Shown: positions 26,395-40,537 of the stretch, piece by piece
Layout: every line of letters begins with the position of its first letter
How positions within the stretch are numbered: position 1 is the first letter of the stretch
DNA from: Paraspadella gotoi
Lineage: Eukaryota; Animalia; Chaetognatha
Direction: 5' to 3'
NCBI GenBank assembly: GCA_051294375.1
Contig: CM119265.1
Span: 23,652,669-23,716,668 of the forward strand
DNA: 64,000 bases
Notes under the pieces: model-generated
The model's database searches: none
Seen by the model: only the letters and a program-made list of their open reading frames with translations
What the model was told of the DNA's origin: nothing
Position numbers and translations under genes: made by a program

Positions 26395-27769
26395 CGTCGT
26401 CGTCGCCGCCGCCGCCGCCACCTCCGGACGCCGCACGACACTGGCGACGGGGACGCTTCCAACGCCGCCAGCGCCATCCACGCCACAGACGCCGCCAGTC
26501 GCCGCCTCTACAAAGGCGAGGACGCCCTCCCCCGCGACCTTTGTTCGTCCTAATCATCGCTGTCACCGTCACCATGACGATGACGACGACGATGATGACG
26601 AAGACGACGATGATGTTGTTAGTGATGACGCCGACGATGACGTAAATGGCATTAGTGAAGATGACAACAACGATGGTCATGATAACTATGACAACGACAT
26701 CGTCCATACAGTCTATACGATTGCAAGGTCAAAGATGACGAAGATGACAAAGACAATTTTGCTGACGACGACGATAACAAGGACGAAATAGGGCGTAATG
26801 ACGATGACAAAGGTGAAAAGGACGATGATGACTAAGGTAATTTTGCAGACGACGACGATGACGACGATGACGACCCCAAGCGCCGAAAGCGTGAAAAAAC
26901 CATGAGGACTCAACGGTTGACTGATTTTGATAGAGTTGATGATACGAGAGAAGCGAGGATAAGAGGAAGAGGAAAGGAGAAAGAAGGAAAGGGAGGGAGG
27001 GTGGAGGAAAGGGGGAGAGAAGAGAGGAAAGGAGAAGAGGAAAGAAGGAAGGGGGAAGGAGGAAGGAGAGAGAAGATGAGAGAAGAGAGGAAAGGAGAAG
27101 AGGAAAGAAGGAAGGAGAAAGGAGGAAGAGGAGAGAAGATGAGAGAAGAGAGGAAAGGAAAAAGGAGGAAGGGAAGAAAGGATTAAGGAAAGGGGGAGAG
27201 AAAAGAGGATAGAAAGGGATCGAGAATTGCATCGCCGTAATCGGGTGCTATTTATTTGTTTACATCGTTTTAATTTTGTTTTTCCATTCTTTCCTTTTTA
27301 ATTTTTTTCATCTCCTTTTTTTCTCTTTTTTCCTTTTCTTTCTTTATGCTCCTTTTCCTGTTTTCTTTTCTCGTCCCGTTGAGGAATCTCTTTCAGCTCC
27401 TTCTATAGATTTCGTCCGTTAGATCGAAATCCTCCCTTTTCTTTTTTTCCCTTTTTTCTTTTTTTTCTTTCCTTTTTTTCTTTCTCTTCCAGATTTCCCT
27501 TTTTATTTCATCCTTTTCTTGTTTTTATTCATTCATTTCCTTCCAATCGATTTTTTTTCTTTCATCGATTTTCAGCCAATCCCCGTCCGAGTGCCCGTCT
27601 TTCTATCCCGACGAGAGACATCTGGTTTTGTGTTCCTTCTATTCCTCTCAGCTCTTTCTAGTTTTTACTATCCCCATTTCTGTTTCTGCCTTCCACATTT
27701 ATTTCTACCCGAACCTCATTCTTACCTTTTTTCTCACCTTTCTAACATATCCCTTATTTTTATTTCACT

Positions 27770-29715
27770 CTCCTCTTTATATCCTTCCCACTTTTATATC
27801 ACTTTCATCTTTTTCTATCCCCTTACCCTCTTTCTATCCAATCTCCCATCTCCCTCACCTTACATCTCTTTCTATCCCCTACCCTCCTTTCTATCCATTT
27901 CTCCATCTCCCCTCACCCTTTCATCTCTTTCTATCCTCTCCTCTTTCTATCCAATCTTCCCATCTCCCCTCCCCTTTCATCTCTTCTCCCCTTTCCTCTT
28001 CTATCCAATCTCCATCTCCCCTTCCCCTGTGGCATTGAACGAGCAAGCAACATTATTTCTTCTCTACGTGTGAAAGCGTATCCGTTGCAAGCAAGCGGCG
28101 CTGTGCAGCTCCGTCTGATCATAAAGCCTCTCGTGTCCGATACACCGCCTCAAAGCTATTGTACAACTTAGATATACCTCGCTTCACCTCCAATCGGAGT
28201 AGCTCCTCTCCGACGAATCGTAGTACGCTCCGTACGTATCTCGATGTTTCATCTCTTTCTATCCCCTTATTCCTCTTCTATCAATCTCCCATCTTCCACT
28301 CCCCTTTCATCTCTTTCTATGCCCCTTACCCCTCTTTCTATCCAATCTCCCATTCTCCTCTCACACGCTATCATCTCTTTCTATCCCCTATACGTCCTCC
28401 TTTCATCCTAATCTTCCCATCTTCCTCTCCCCTTTCATCTCTTTCGTATCCCTTAATCCTCTCCTCTTTCTATCCAATCTCCCTCTCCACTCCTCCCCTT
28501 CATCTTCGTTTCTTACTTCCCGCTTACCCTTTTTCTTATATCCAACATCATCAACCTTTCTCCTACCTCCACCCTTTCAGCTCTTCTTTCTCATCCTCGC
28601 CAGCCTTCACCCTTCTTACTTCCACCTCTCCCATCTCCCCTTCCCCCTTCTCTTCTCTTATCTATTCCCTTATCCTCTTTCATTCCAAGTCTCCCATACT
28701 CCACTCCCCCTTTCATCTCTTTTCTATCCCCTTACCTCTTTCTAATCCAAATCTGCCCATCTCCTCTCACCCTTTTCATCTTCTTTCTATCTCCCTTACC
28801 CTCTTTTCTATCCAATCTCCCTCATCTCTACCCTCTGCTATCTCTTTCTATCCCCTTTACCTTTTCTATCCAATTCTGCTATGCTCCCTCTCACTCCCTT
28901 TCGGCATCTCGTTTTCTATCTCCCTATTCCCTTCTATTCCATCTCGCATCTTCCCACTCACCCCTTTCAATCTCTTTACTATCCCGCTTATACCCTCTTT
29001 TCTAATCCCAATCTCCATCCACTCTCTCTTACGCTTTCTCTTCTATCTCCTCTTACCCTCTTTCTATTCCAATCTGCCCATCCGCCTCCCCCTTTCACTC
29101 TTTCTATCCTATCCCTTATCCTCTATTTCCTCTTCATCTCTCTCACCCTTATGCCTCTTCTATCCTCTCCAATCCCCTACTTTATCTTCTTTTCTATTCC
29201 CCTTACCTCTTATCTATGCCAATTCCCAGTCCTCCTCCTCCACCCTTTCATCTCTTTCTAATCCCCTTAACCCTCTTTCTGTCCAATCCTTATTTCTACT
29301 CTTCACCTATCCCGCTTACCTCTTTCCCATCTCCAACCCTCCCACTTTCATCTCTTTCTATACCCCTTTACCCTCTGTTCTATCCAATCTCGATCTCCTC
29401 TCACCTTTTCACTCTCTTCTATCCCCTTACCCTTCTTTCTATCCAATTCTCCCATCTCCCGCTTCCATCCCTTTCATCTCTTTCTATCCCCATTACCCTC
29501 TTTCTATCCAATCTCCCATCTCCCCTCACCGCATTTCATCTCTTTCTATCCCCTTACCCTCTTCTATCAATCTCCCATCTCCCCTCACCCTTTCATCTCT
29601 TTTCTATCCCCTTTACCCTCTTTCTATCCAACTCTCCCATCTCCACTCCCCCTTTCATCTCTTTCTATCCCCTTACTCTCTTTCTATCCAATCTCCCATC
29701 TCCCCTCACCCTTTC
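27770..29715. repeat. ~59-bp pyrimidine-rich minisatellite
   Basis: Unit tttcatctctttctatccccttaccctctttctatccaatctcccatctcccctcaccc. It is clean at both ends, noisy in the middle and interrupted at ~28030-28246. It explains the spurious 555-aa ORF. Confidence 0.9.
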
Positions 29716-30382
29716 CTGCTGATTGATCGCCTTTGCGTTTCATTAATTTCCTTCTCTCGCTGTCCGGGTTTTTCGGAAATGGAGGGCGGCGCCCACGGAG
29801 GAGGCGCCAGCGGTGGTGGCGGCTGAGGCGGCGGCTGAGGCGGCGTCGGCGGCAGTAGGAGCGGCGCAGTGGGAGTCGACTGTTATCCTTTTTTCGTATG
29901 TTTCGTTAACAGTGTTTTTACACTTTGGTTTTCACAATTTGGTTACTTTTGTTATTTCGCTACGAAAGGAAAAGTTGAGAGGAGAAAAGGTTAATTGATT
30001 TTTAATTGATTTTCACTTCACGGATCCAAAAATTGTATTCAAGTGTTTTATTAAGTGGGTTTCTATACAGTTACTCGTATTGTTAAAAAGGTTTAAATAT
30101 CGATTTTACGAATCGAAAAATGTCATCTATTGTTTTGGACAAATTTTCGATCCTCGGCTTTTTCTTTTCTGTTTGGGTGCCGAAATCCTTTAAAAAAATA
30201 TTTTTTGAAAAGTTATATGTACCAAGTTATACGTACGTACTAAGTTACAACAAACCTTAGAGATAAAGGAACAGTCACATCAAAAAATATAAAGTGAAAC
30301 CAATAAAGGTCGACTCAAAATGGAAATTAATGAAATCCATTTACTCCATTTTTCCCTTCCAATTTGTCACCTTCCGCAGTCT

Positions 30383-30430
<48 letters not shown>

Positions 30431-33400
30431 TTCATTCGAATTGATGACATCGCCTTAAAACTCGTCGCCAGATAAATCGGCCTTTTTTATCATATATTTA
30501 ATCTGTCAGTTATAGTTAACTAATAAATTTTCTTCATCGCCGATCAGCTAAAACATGTAAAATTTCCACCTCGTCATTTTTCGGTGTATTAGCTTCCGGT
30601 GGGCTTTTAGTGACTTAACTGAATAGTAAATTCACAGAAAAAATAATGAAATATCAATATAGTACTATGGCAGTAGTAGTATGGCAACGCCACCGTACTC
30701 AATTAATATTTTTCGTCCAAATCCTAATCTCAAATCTGTAAAGTTTGAATATTTATCTAAATCTTAAACTTATGTCCATTTTATATCGTGAATAAGAATA
30801 TCTTTTTAGCTTCTACTAATCCAAGCATGAATGACGAAAGAAAAACAAAAACAAACGTATAAAATCGTCGCTTACCTTAATCCAACTCTGAAGCGTTAAA
30901 CAAACTTAATACGGTAAGCTTCTTTTCTTCGAGAAAGTTTTTGTTTACGCGATTACGTTTTGTTTACAATCTTGCGACGTCGCAGAGAACACTTGGAAGA
31001 ACGCGGAGGTTCAGGTTAGGTAATAGAAATATTTTTTGCTTTTAAAATATCTTATCGACGAAAAATAAACAAAGCAAATTATAAGGTTTATAATGAAATA
31101 ATGTAAAATATAAAAAAAAGGAAAAAATTGCAGTAAGTAAGATCCAAGAAACTAAAACTAAGGCTAAAGCAAAAAAAAGTAGTTTCTTTTAGTTAATTTT
31201 AAAAAATGGTCGAAAAATTTCAGATTGCTGAAAAAGTTATGAAAATCACGACGATAAATCTGAGCTTAAATTAACCAAGAAATATAAATTTCAGATAAAA
31301 AAGAGGGAAAAAAAAACAAACAAACAAAATGGCGTCGAGTAAAAAAAAATGGCGCGCAGGACGATTTTCCCTTCACCCCCACCCTCCCGCGCGAGGGTGG
31401 CCGAAAGTGGTGCCGATATTCCGGCGTTCATCGCTCGGAAGCGCCATCTCTCGTGGCGAAAAGGAAAATCATAAAATATCTCGTTTCGAAGCTTTTATGA
31501 AATTGCGATGATACGACCGGCTCCATGGACGAAGAACATTAATGTATAAATCGGCATCTAGTATACGCTAAATGTGTAAGAAGAATGTATCATTGACAAG
31601 GCAAGAGGTCGCAGCATAGAGCTCGAGCAAGGCGCAAGAATTCAGGGAGATAGAACGTCAAAGAGAGAGTAAAACTCGTCTCTTTGCAGCGACCCAAAGA
31701 TAGCTGCCGCTAGTGGGATGCATTACAGACATACGTTAGGCCGCCCGAACTGCAATTCCTCCGCACCAGGCCGGGTGCCAGCCCGCGGAGGTATAAAGGG
31801 TTATTTTAAAACTGTATTTAAAACACAGGCCCCACACAAATCCTGGAGAAAAGGTAACCATTTTTCTTGAGCAGGGCGGGTAAAAACGCCTCACAGTCTA
31901 CTCGGAGCAGAACGAAGACTGAAAGCGGTAGGAGGACATCACCGCGTTTTCAAGATCCTAAACGGTATATCTAGGGTTATGAAAAGAAAAAAAGGGATGA
32001 AATTAGTACAAAAAAAAACTGCACGCACATGTAGGAATTAGACTCTTAGAGATATGGAGCTGAAGGAGGAATACTATATAGATACATAAGACGCTGTATG
32101 AGAGGAGAGTATAATCTTTAAAGCACGAAGTGGGACGCCGCACGAACACTAAAAGAAACGACGGAGGCCCTAAAGATTATGGGAAACTGAAAACAGCGAG
32201 GCCTGAAGGGCCGCGGGACCATAGGTACACAAAATCGTAAATATGAGGAGGTATGTATATAGGGCAAAACTGCTAGGGGCGCACAAACTATTCAAGCAAA
32301 AAAAAAAAAAAAAGATAATAAAAAAACTTTACTTTCCTCCGCTCGTCGCATCTTGCGAAAATAAGAAGTATAAGAATACACACGATATTCTTTAGGAACT
32401 TTATATCTCATACAAACTGGGTAAAATTAAACTATACCTTAGCGTACCAGGAACCATAGAATTAAACAAAAAAAAGAGAATAAGGGATAACCGCAGATCA
32501 CCGCGCACGTCTTTCTTGCAGAAGATTCGTACTATGGTGTGAATGTCAGAAAGCTAAGCGGAGGATAAAAGAGGGTGAGTAATATAGCATTACACGCAGT
32601 CTACAGCGACACCCACATTACATTCGCCGGTGACGGGAGAATCCAACCCGGCCTTAGTATTATGTGGACAATGGCATCTGCGACATATGTGCCTCTACGC
32701 GGATGGGGGGATTACTCCTGGCTCTGCTTAGCAAAGAACTATTGGCGTGCACGCTGCACGCAAAAATAGAGAGATATACAGATGTAGGACGGACTCTCTG
32801 ATCGAAAAATGCTGGACGCCATGAGTTCCTCAGAGAATAAACGCCGTTGGCGTTCACATAGGACAGAGTGAATATACAATTCCAACTAGGGACCCGTACT
32901 TCGCCCGCGACTGTAAGGGGGGACGACATCAACGCTCTCTACTAGAACGCACGCACGCGTTTAATAACGGCTGCTGTTTCCACTCCTACTACGGGCGACC
33001 CCTGGGCCGACACACAAAGACTGGCAGGAGCTACGGGAAAGCAGCGGACTCAACCAGAGCAGCCGGCGGTCGAAAGCCTAACCTCACCAAAAGCTCATAA
33101 CAAAGACCTTACCCTAAACTCTTGACCACTTATTCCTCGCACCACTGTACACGCTTCAAACTCAGGAGAAGGAGTGAGAAAGGAATCCGGATCGCTGTCG
33201 GTGCGCCAACTTTTGTCGGCGAACGCAACAGAGCATTGGAAGTATTAGTCGGTGAATCAGGGAAGCGGGACATTGCTAAAAGGGAGCAGAGTTATAGTAA
33301 GAGACTTCGATGTGTAAGTCTTTGGCTTGTCTTACTCTTTGGCGTTAAATCTGGCTCATACGGAAACGGGGATAGAGCAAAGAGTGAATTCGGCAATATC

Positions 33401-34607
33401 CACTGGGTTAGATATTATCGTGTGACATCACATTGGGTTAATATTCTGGAGGAAAAATATTCAAATCTCTTGTCTCTACGTTACTTCGGAGTACTGGCTT
33501 ACATCCTCGGTCAGGCATCGCTACGGCAGTTCAGTTAAACGTCTGATGATTCATATCTTTTTTTAACCTACCTAACTTCATTATCATTTTTAGCTATCTT
33601 CTTTTTCATCCTTTATTCTCTAACTTTCGATCCTATACTTCGTCAATTGCTGCATAGTCGTTGGTCACATGGGCATTTGGGACATTGTCATACTGCTCTC
33701 GCAACTCAGGCACGTTGGCATACTACGAATGAGTGATCCGATCAACTTTATGTTCGAGCGAATCAAATTCTGCATCTAAAACGTTATCCAGCTCGTCGGT
33801 TTCTGCATTGCACTCGAATCTTGGGTGCGCCCACACGCGTGGACGGCACTTCAGGTCTGTTCCGCCTAGGACGGGGGTTCGTAAACACTTTGAGGACGGA
33901 GCGAGGCAAAGCTGGCGTCATTTTCAGACTTTGCAAGCGATGGTGAGCATTTCTTAATTCTATAGGGTGAGAGTATCATTACATTTTCAATTAACTATTT
34001 TTCGAATAACTATGTTCAGTTTATTTTTATTCAATATCGTGGTATCATCGCCATTCTGGTGGTTCATCTCTACTGATTGTGAGTGGTAGTATTCGCGATT
34101 TGCTTTTCTCAGATTCGACTCCTAATTCACTTTGTCGTCCATGTCTATTTCCTCTTACTTCCCATCATATATATCGCTTGTCAGTAAGAATCATTTTTTA
34201 TCATATCAGCACATATATTATTGATGAATTAAGCAAAAAAAAAAAAAAATAGCGAATGTACCGCTTCAGTCAGTCTGGAACTCGTGCGAAGTCGGAATCG
34301 AATCTGGCCAAAAGGAAAATTTAACGGTAAGCTCTACCACTTTATTAACTATGAAACTATGGAATATAAAACAGATGTTAGATGAAGAACACCATGGTGC
34401 GACGGAGTGGAATGATGAGGGTGGTATAAAACGGTCCGCGAATTAGATTATAAAAACATGTTCACATTCTTTATTTGAAAACTTTGGGAGGATTAAATTT
34501 TTAATCGTTCTCCACTACATTTATCGACACTACAATCATAATTGAATAGATATGATTGGATTAAAATTTTGTGTGTGGGTAAGGGAGTGTGTGATTGAGC
34601 ACGATAA

Positions 34608-36915
34608 TGATGCAAGTTTAAAAAATACGTCATGCAAGTTTAAAAAACGTAATGCCAAGTTCCGCAAAAACGTAATGCTCTAAGATTAGACGCCGCTATG
34701 CGAGCCACATAGTTCATAGCCAAAATGATATGCAGTATTTTAATTAATAACTGTATGCAAACGCTTGGAAGAATATTATTTGAAAATCAACGGTAAAACA
34801 AGTTTGAAATTATACCGCGCGTATGCGCAAGGATGTGAATAGAACATTCTCAGGTATGCAAGCTTGGAAACGTATGCAACGTTGAAGAACGCAAGATCAT
34901 ACTAAGTTGAAATAACGTCATACAAGAGCACCAAAAAGAATTGCACAGGTAAATGGAAGAGAAAAGTAATGGTCAGGTGTTTCTATAGAAAAATATGAGA
35001 CATGCACAGATGAAGGAAATAGTTTATAGTATAAGTTTTTGAATAAGAACTCGCAGCAAAGTTGATAAAAAGAAAGCAATTGCCTCAGAAAAAAAGAATG
35101 CTAGTTGAAAGAAAGATTATGCCAAGGTGAAAAAAGAGGCGAGTGACAGTTGAATATGGGAAGCATATTAGCAAGGGAAAGAGGAGAGAGGATGGCTAAG
35201 ATAGGTGCACAATAAAAGAATGGGCATAGGAATCTGAAAGATAAAAGAAATTGCACAGTTGAACAAAAAGGGAATGACACAAGATAATAGGAAAAAAAGA
35301 ATGCCTACTAGTTTGAAAAAATAACAAATAATTATACATGAAATGCTATTTATTTGTTTGAAAATAAGAATGCATTATGTTTGTAAAAAAAGACAAGGCA
35401 AGATGTAGAAATGAGAAAATTGTATATGAAAAAAAGAATGCTATAGCTCAGAAAAAATATGTAAACTGACGGAGGAGATTGAAAAAACGCGAAGGTGACG
35501 CATAAGTTTGATACAAAAGAATGCAAGTTGAAAAAAGAATGTCAAGTTGGAATAAAAGAATGCAAGTTTGACCAAGGTTTTAAAAGATGCAAAAGTTTTA
35601 TTAGGGAAAAAGAATAGGCAATGATTTAGAGAGCAGAAACAGGAACTGAAGTTTGAAAAAAAGAATGGCTAAGTTGAAAATAAAGACATGACAAGATTGC
35701 AAAAAAAGACACCTGCAGAGGATTTAGAAAAAAGGAGGGAAACTGCAAGTTGAATAACAAACGCAAGCAAGTTGAAAAATGTTTACAGACAAGTTAGAAA
35801 AAAAGAATTGACTAAGGGTTTGGTAATACCTAATTTTAAATGGGTCGCAGAAACAAAAAAAGAATGAAAAAAAAATGTGCCCGCACAATATAGATTGAAT
35901 TGAAAAACGATTGCTAAACGCTTTGAACAGATGCAAGTTCGCAAATATAGATATCGCACAGCTTGATTATTTATAAGAATGCACACGTATGAAAATTATT
36001 AGTTAGTGTCACCAGTTTGAAAAAAGTCAAGTTGTTACACCACAGAGTAACTTTGCAGTTGAACAATACAGAATGCACACGTTGAAAAAATGCAACACTC
36101 GCTAAAGTTGAATAAGACTTATCGCAAGTTTGAAAAAAGAATGCACAGTTGAAAGAGAATGCAAGTTGAAAAAGAATGAAGTTTGAAAAAAGATGCAGTT
36201 GAAAAAGAAATGCAAGGTTGAAAAAAGAATGCAAGTTGAAAAAAGAATGCAAGTTGGTTTCAAAAAGAATGCCAAGTTGAAAAAAGAATGCAGTTGAAAA
36301 AAGAAGTGCAAGTTGAAAAAAGAATGCAAGTTGAAAAAGAAGTGCAAGTTGAAAGAATGCAAGTTGAAAGAATGGCATAGTTGAAAGAATGCAAGTTGAA
36401 AAAAAGAAGCAAGTTGAAAAAAGAATGCAAGTTGACAAAAAGTATGCCAAGTTCAAAAGATTTTGCAAGTTGAAAAAGATTTTGGCAAGCTGAAGAAAAT
36501 TAATGCAAGCTGAAAAAATTATGGCACACATTTCACACAAATTTTGTAAATTTCGAAAAAATTTTCTATGCAGACTGAAAAATTACTTTATGCAAGTTTA
36601 CAAAATTATGCAAGTTTAAAAGATTGATGCAAATGTAAAAAAAAATTATGGCAATCAAAAAAAAATTATACTGCAAATTAAAAAAATTATGACAGTTATT
36701 TATACAAATTATTTATCGACAAGTTAATATGGGAATGACATGTCCAAGTTAAAGGGAAGAGCATTATGCTATAGTATAAAAAAAACATTATTCGCACAGG
36801 TTCACCAAATATTATGACAAAGCTGGGTTAAAAAATTATGCACCATTGATTAAAAATATAACTTAAGTGTGAGATTATTAAAGAATATGAGAATGCTAGA
36901 TAAAAAAAATGATGC
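34608..36915. repeat. ~18-bp satellite array (gaatgcaagttgaaaaaa)n
   Basis: Clean units at ~36130-36440. Variants cgtaatgcaagtttaaaaa on the left and ttatgcaagtttaaaaaa on the right. Heavily degenerate elsewhere. Confidence 0.88.
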
Positions 36916-37004
36916 GAGTAAAAAATGGTAGTGAGTTTCAAAAAATAGTATTTAATTTGAATTTGAAATTTAAATTAATTAAATGTAATAGAAGTCTACG
37001 TATC

Positions 37005-37260
37005 AAACATTAGTGAAACAGGTTTTTTTCAGTTTGTTTTCGATTACAGGAACTCACTTATATCAACACTACAAGTAAAACAGTATTTTTTCCATCCGAA
37101 ACCTTGATTTCCAGCTAAATCACACACTTTCTCGACGCCACACACAATATTTTTCCAATTCCAAGGGGTCAACTAATTTTCATCCGCGCTAGCGAAGTAA
37201 TTTTGAGTGTTTGTCTTTTGCTCAAGCGTGGGAGAGCGGAGCATGAGGTTTCCGCTCTTT
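37005..37260 (+). mobile_element. Degenerate copy of the element at 45640-46012
   Basis: ttagtgaa.ca.gttttttt...aactca...ttccatc.gaaac.tt.attt.cagct...cacacactttc is colinear with 45643-45755. Confidence 0.5.
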
Positions 37261-37383
37261 ATTGTTCTTAGTAGAGCAACATTTATGAAGCTGGGATATA
37301 ACATCTAAGTGGAATTTTTCAGTACGGAGATTACTCCGCGACTCACTGATTATAGTACTATCTTTTACTACTTAAGACTACAG

Positions 37384-37449
37384 GTTGTACACGACACGAA
37401 TTGGCCAGATTTCGGACGAATTGGCGGTCTATGTGCCGGAAGAGTATCG
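37384..37449 (+). CDS. Weak candidate 66-bp symmetric exon (xLYTTRIGQISDELAVYVPEEYx)
   Basis: ctacag| acceptor and cg|gtaagg donor; length divisible by 3; protein-like frame. It lies in noisy sequence and no partner exon was found. Confidence 0.2.
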
Positions 37450-40400
37450 GTAAGGGTTAGAGGATTGCCGATGATGTACGTGATTTGCTGCCCAGACAGG
37501 AGATCGCAGCGAGGTTGGGAGGGAGGAAGTACGCACGACAGAGAGAAGATGGAATGTAGAGAGTAAAGATAAATAAAGTTAGTACAGTGAAATATGAGTC
37601 GAGAAACGAACAAACAGAACGAGAAGGGAAACGGCACTGAAGAAAGAGGAGAGGAGAGAAAGAGGATTGGACGTAGTACAGGAGATGATATTAGGCTGTA
37701 CAAAAGTTTTTAGTCAAAAAAATTTGCAATGGAAGACCATAATCGGTCTGCGATCGATTGATATCAAACTGCGGGTTTTGGAGGAATTCATTATATAAGA
37801 GAGTCTTGTTGGATTCAGGCGGATCTATGGCGGGAAAAAGATAAACAGTATGAATTTAAACAACTTGGGGGGGCGAGGAAGGATTATTTGCTAAACATTT
37901 TTGCGAATATTTGTAACGAAAAAGGAAAGGGAGGAAGAGGGGGAAGACAAAATAAATCTCAGAGAAAACTGGTTATTAATCACTATATTGCGGTCAATGC
38001 GGGGTGACTATGATGAACTTACGAACTTATTATTATAAATGATTGAGCAACAATAGAAAAAAGCTAAGGAAAAAAACGAAAATATATAAAAAATACAAAC
38101 TTTACTATTTGATACAAGTTTACTGTACAATGCATAAGTGCAATAGTTCAATACACTAATTGCACTAATAGAGACGGAGATTTAAGTGCTAAGATCACTG
38201 CCTTTCTAATAAATTTTTTCTCTTTGCGTATTTTCATACGGCACGCAATTAGGATCTTGTGTTTTGATTGATTTTAATATAATTCTTCAGTGCGGAGGGA
38301 GCTGAGTCAAAGCTCGGAATTTCAATAATGGAGGGCATCTTGTAGCTCCCTTTCTTCATCCACGGTCAAACGACTGAATCTTCGCCTTTTGTCGTCTACC
38401 GCGACGTCAGGAGAATCATCGCTCAATTGTGTAACGCGGGTTTTACCTTCGTGAGCTGTTAAAGAATGTCGCACTCGCAGTGGCGAGGACGCTATACCAA
38501 TCAGATTGCAAGCTCAATAGTCTATCCTTGTTTTCTATATAAGCTCAGTCGAGTATTGTCGGATACGACATAAACGGTCAAGTGATCAAGGTGTAGACCT
38601 TAAGTCGGCTCATAGACCGAAAGAAGTAATCTTAATATAATCAAGGTCCAACAAATATTGTTTTAATATGACTAGAGTTTTTCACTTTTTTATTTATTTT
38701 CACCTTTGCAGAAATGCACGTTTTTCCATAATACAATTAGTTAAAATATTTAAGATAATTAATTATACAATTACGTAGTTAAATTATAGAAATATAACAA
38801 TTGGCGAGGGATATCCTCAAAACCGTACATTGAAGGAAAACCTCTGCTTCCTAGTCTTGTCAAAGCTTACAAATGACCATTCAAGACGCCTATATGAAGC
38901 GGTACTGCAGAATACTATCGCCGACATTATGCAGAGAATTAATATAGCTATGAGTGAGATGTTTTTTCGTATAATTAGATTTATATTTATTGATATTTTA
39001 TTCACAATAAAAAAAATTTGAGTAAGTAGAGTCGAGGATTTTGCCAAAAGTACTATTAAAAAAATTAAATTATAACAATTGGGATTAATAGAGAAAATAA
39101 AAAGAATAGAAGGTTTGATTGCGAAAATAAACGATATTAATTCAGATGTAACAGTAATTGATTGAATGATGTAATAGTAGTTTAATTGTTGAATTGGAAG
39201 ATACGGGATAATGTAAATATGATTGTATGGTGACTCACGATTTGATGAAAATCCACATCATACTATAGATGCGAGGTGATTAATCATAAAGATTGAAATT
39301 TGTCGATCTAGAGGTAAACTCAAATAAATTGAATGTGAATGGATGAGACCAAAAGATTAGATAGACACGAAGAATATCAACCAATAACACTATGATAGAC
39401 GATGGGATAGTGCACTCGTCGTCAAAGTTGGTGCGATGAGTCAATAACACAATCGATTAAATATAGGGCTGAAGGTGAGCGCAGAGAGGAGCGGTCTTAG
39501 GGGTCTAGCACATCTTTTTTATCACACTTTCACTCTTGTAAAAGAACAGCGTACGACGATGAACGACAAGCGACACAAAGAAGCAATTCTCACGATTATC
39601 TCACGCCAAGACGGGCTTAAACACACCCCGTATCGGCGAGATAAATTAAATGCTCATTCTTGGTTCTCGTTTCATTTACGTTTATCTCATCTCTTTATTT
39701 ACTCCTTTTTATTATTTGAATTATTCCTCAAACAACCCCGCTTACGATTACTGATGGCCGCAGGTAGTGGTGGTCTATCGGGAGACGGAGAAGGATTGGC
39801 GAGTTTTGGCTGGGTCCGAAAATTATGTTATGGGTGGCGGAGGGTTGAGACTATATTCTAGGAATGCCTGCTCTGGAAGTGGGAAAGTGGAAAAACGACT
39901 ACGGGAACTGGAGGAAACACAAAAGAGACAAATAAATTTCAAGGTATTCCTCATGCGAGTCGTTCAGGTGGCGGGACACACAACAGGAATATTCTCTATA
40001 TCATATATTCATTATACACTAAGTTTAAATTCACTCGTGTTCTGATAAGCAGGCAATTTGTATGATTTGTACTGATTATAGAAGAGAGAAGTTGAAGGTA
40101 GCAGATATGAGTTATGATTAAAAATAAATAGATAACTCAACTGAAAAAGCAAGAAAGGTAATTTATAATAAATAATTTGGCGGGCCGCGGGCGCACAAAA
40201 GCGGGAATACAAATTAGGAGAAAAAAAAGAGGCGCACAAAATTAAGTAAAAAATAAGAGAAGCCTTCCTCTTTTTATTGTGTAAAAAGGTTGGAGGGCCG
40301 GGCGGTGGGGAAGGAGAGGATTTGTGGTGTGGGAGAAAGGAAAGAAAANNNNNNNNNNNNNNNNNNNNNNNNNATTGCGAAGTGGGCGGAAAATGGGGGG

Positions 40401-40537
40401 ACCGGGGGGGTGGGAAGGGGGGTGGGGAAGGAAGAGAGTGTGTGAAAGAAAGAAAGAAAGAAGAGAAAAAGAAAGAAGAAGAAGGGAAGAAGAAGAAGAA
40501 GATAAAAGAAAAGAAAGAAAGAAGAAAGAAAAAAGAA

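Noticed and set aside
25266-26913. Poly-Pro/Arg/Asp/Thr ORFs in (CCG)n and (GAC)n tracts (also 14067-14703, 43823-44421, 51252-52192)
   Set aside because: These are trinucleotide microsatellites open in several frames on both strands, with no splice-bounded complex sequence.
28159-29826. 555-aa ORF, the longest in the window
   Set aside because: It is the translation of a pyrimidine-rich minisatellite that rarely forms stop codons; S/P/L/F-only composition.
34608-36915. CRISPR-like array
   Set aside because: Head-to-tail 18-bp units with no unique spacers, no cas genes and a eukaryotic context.
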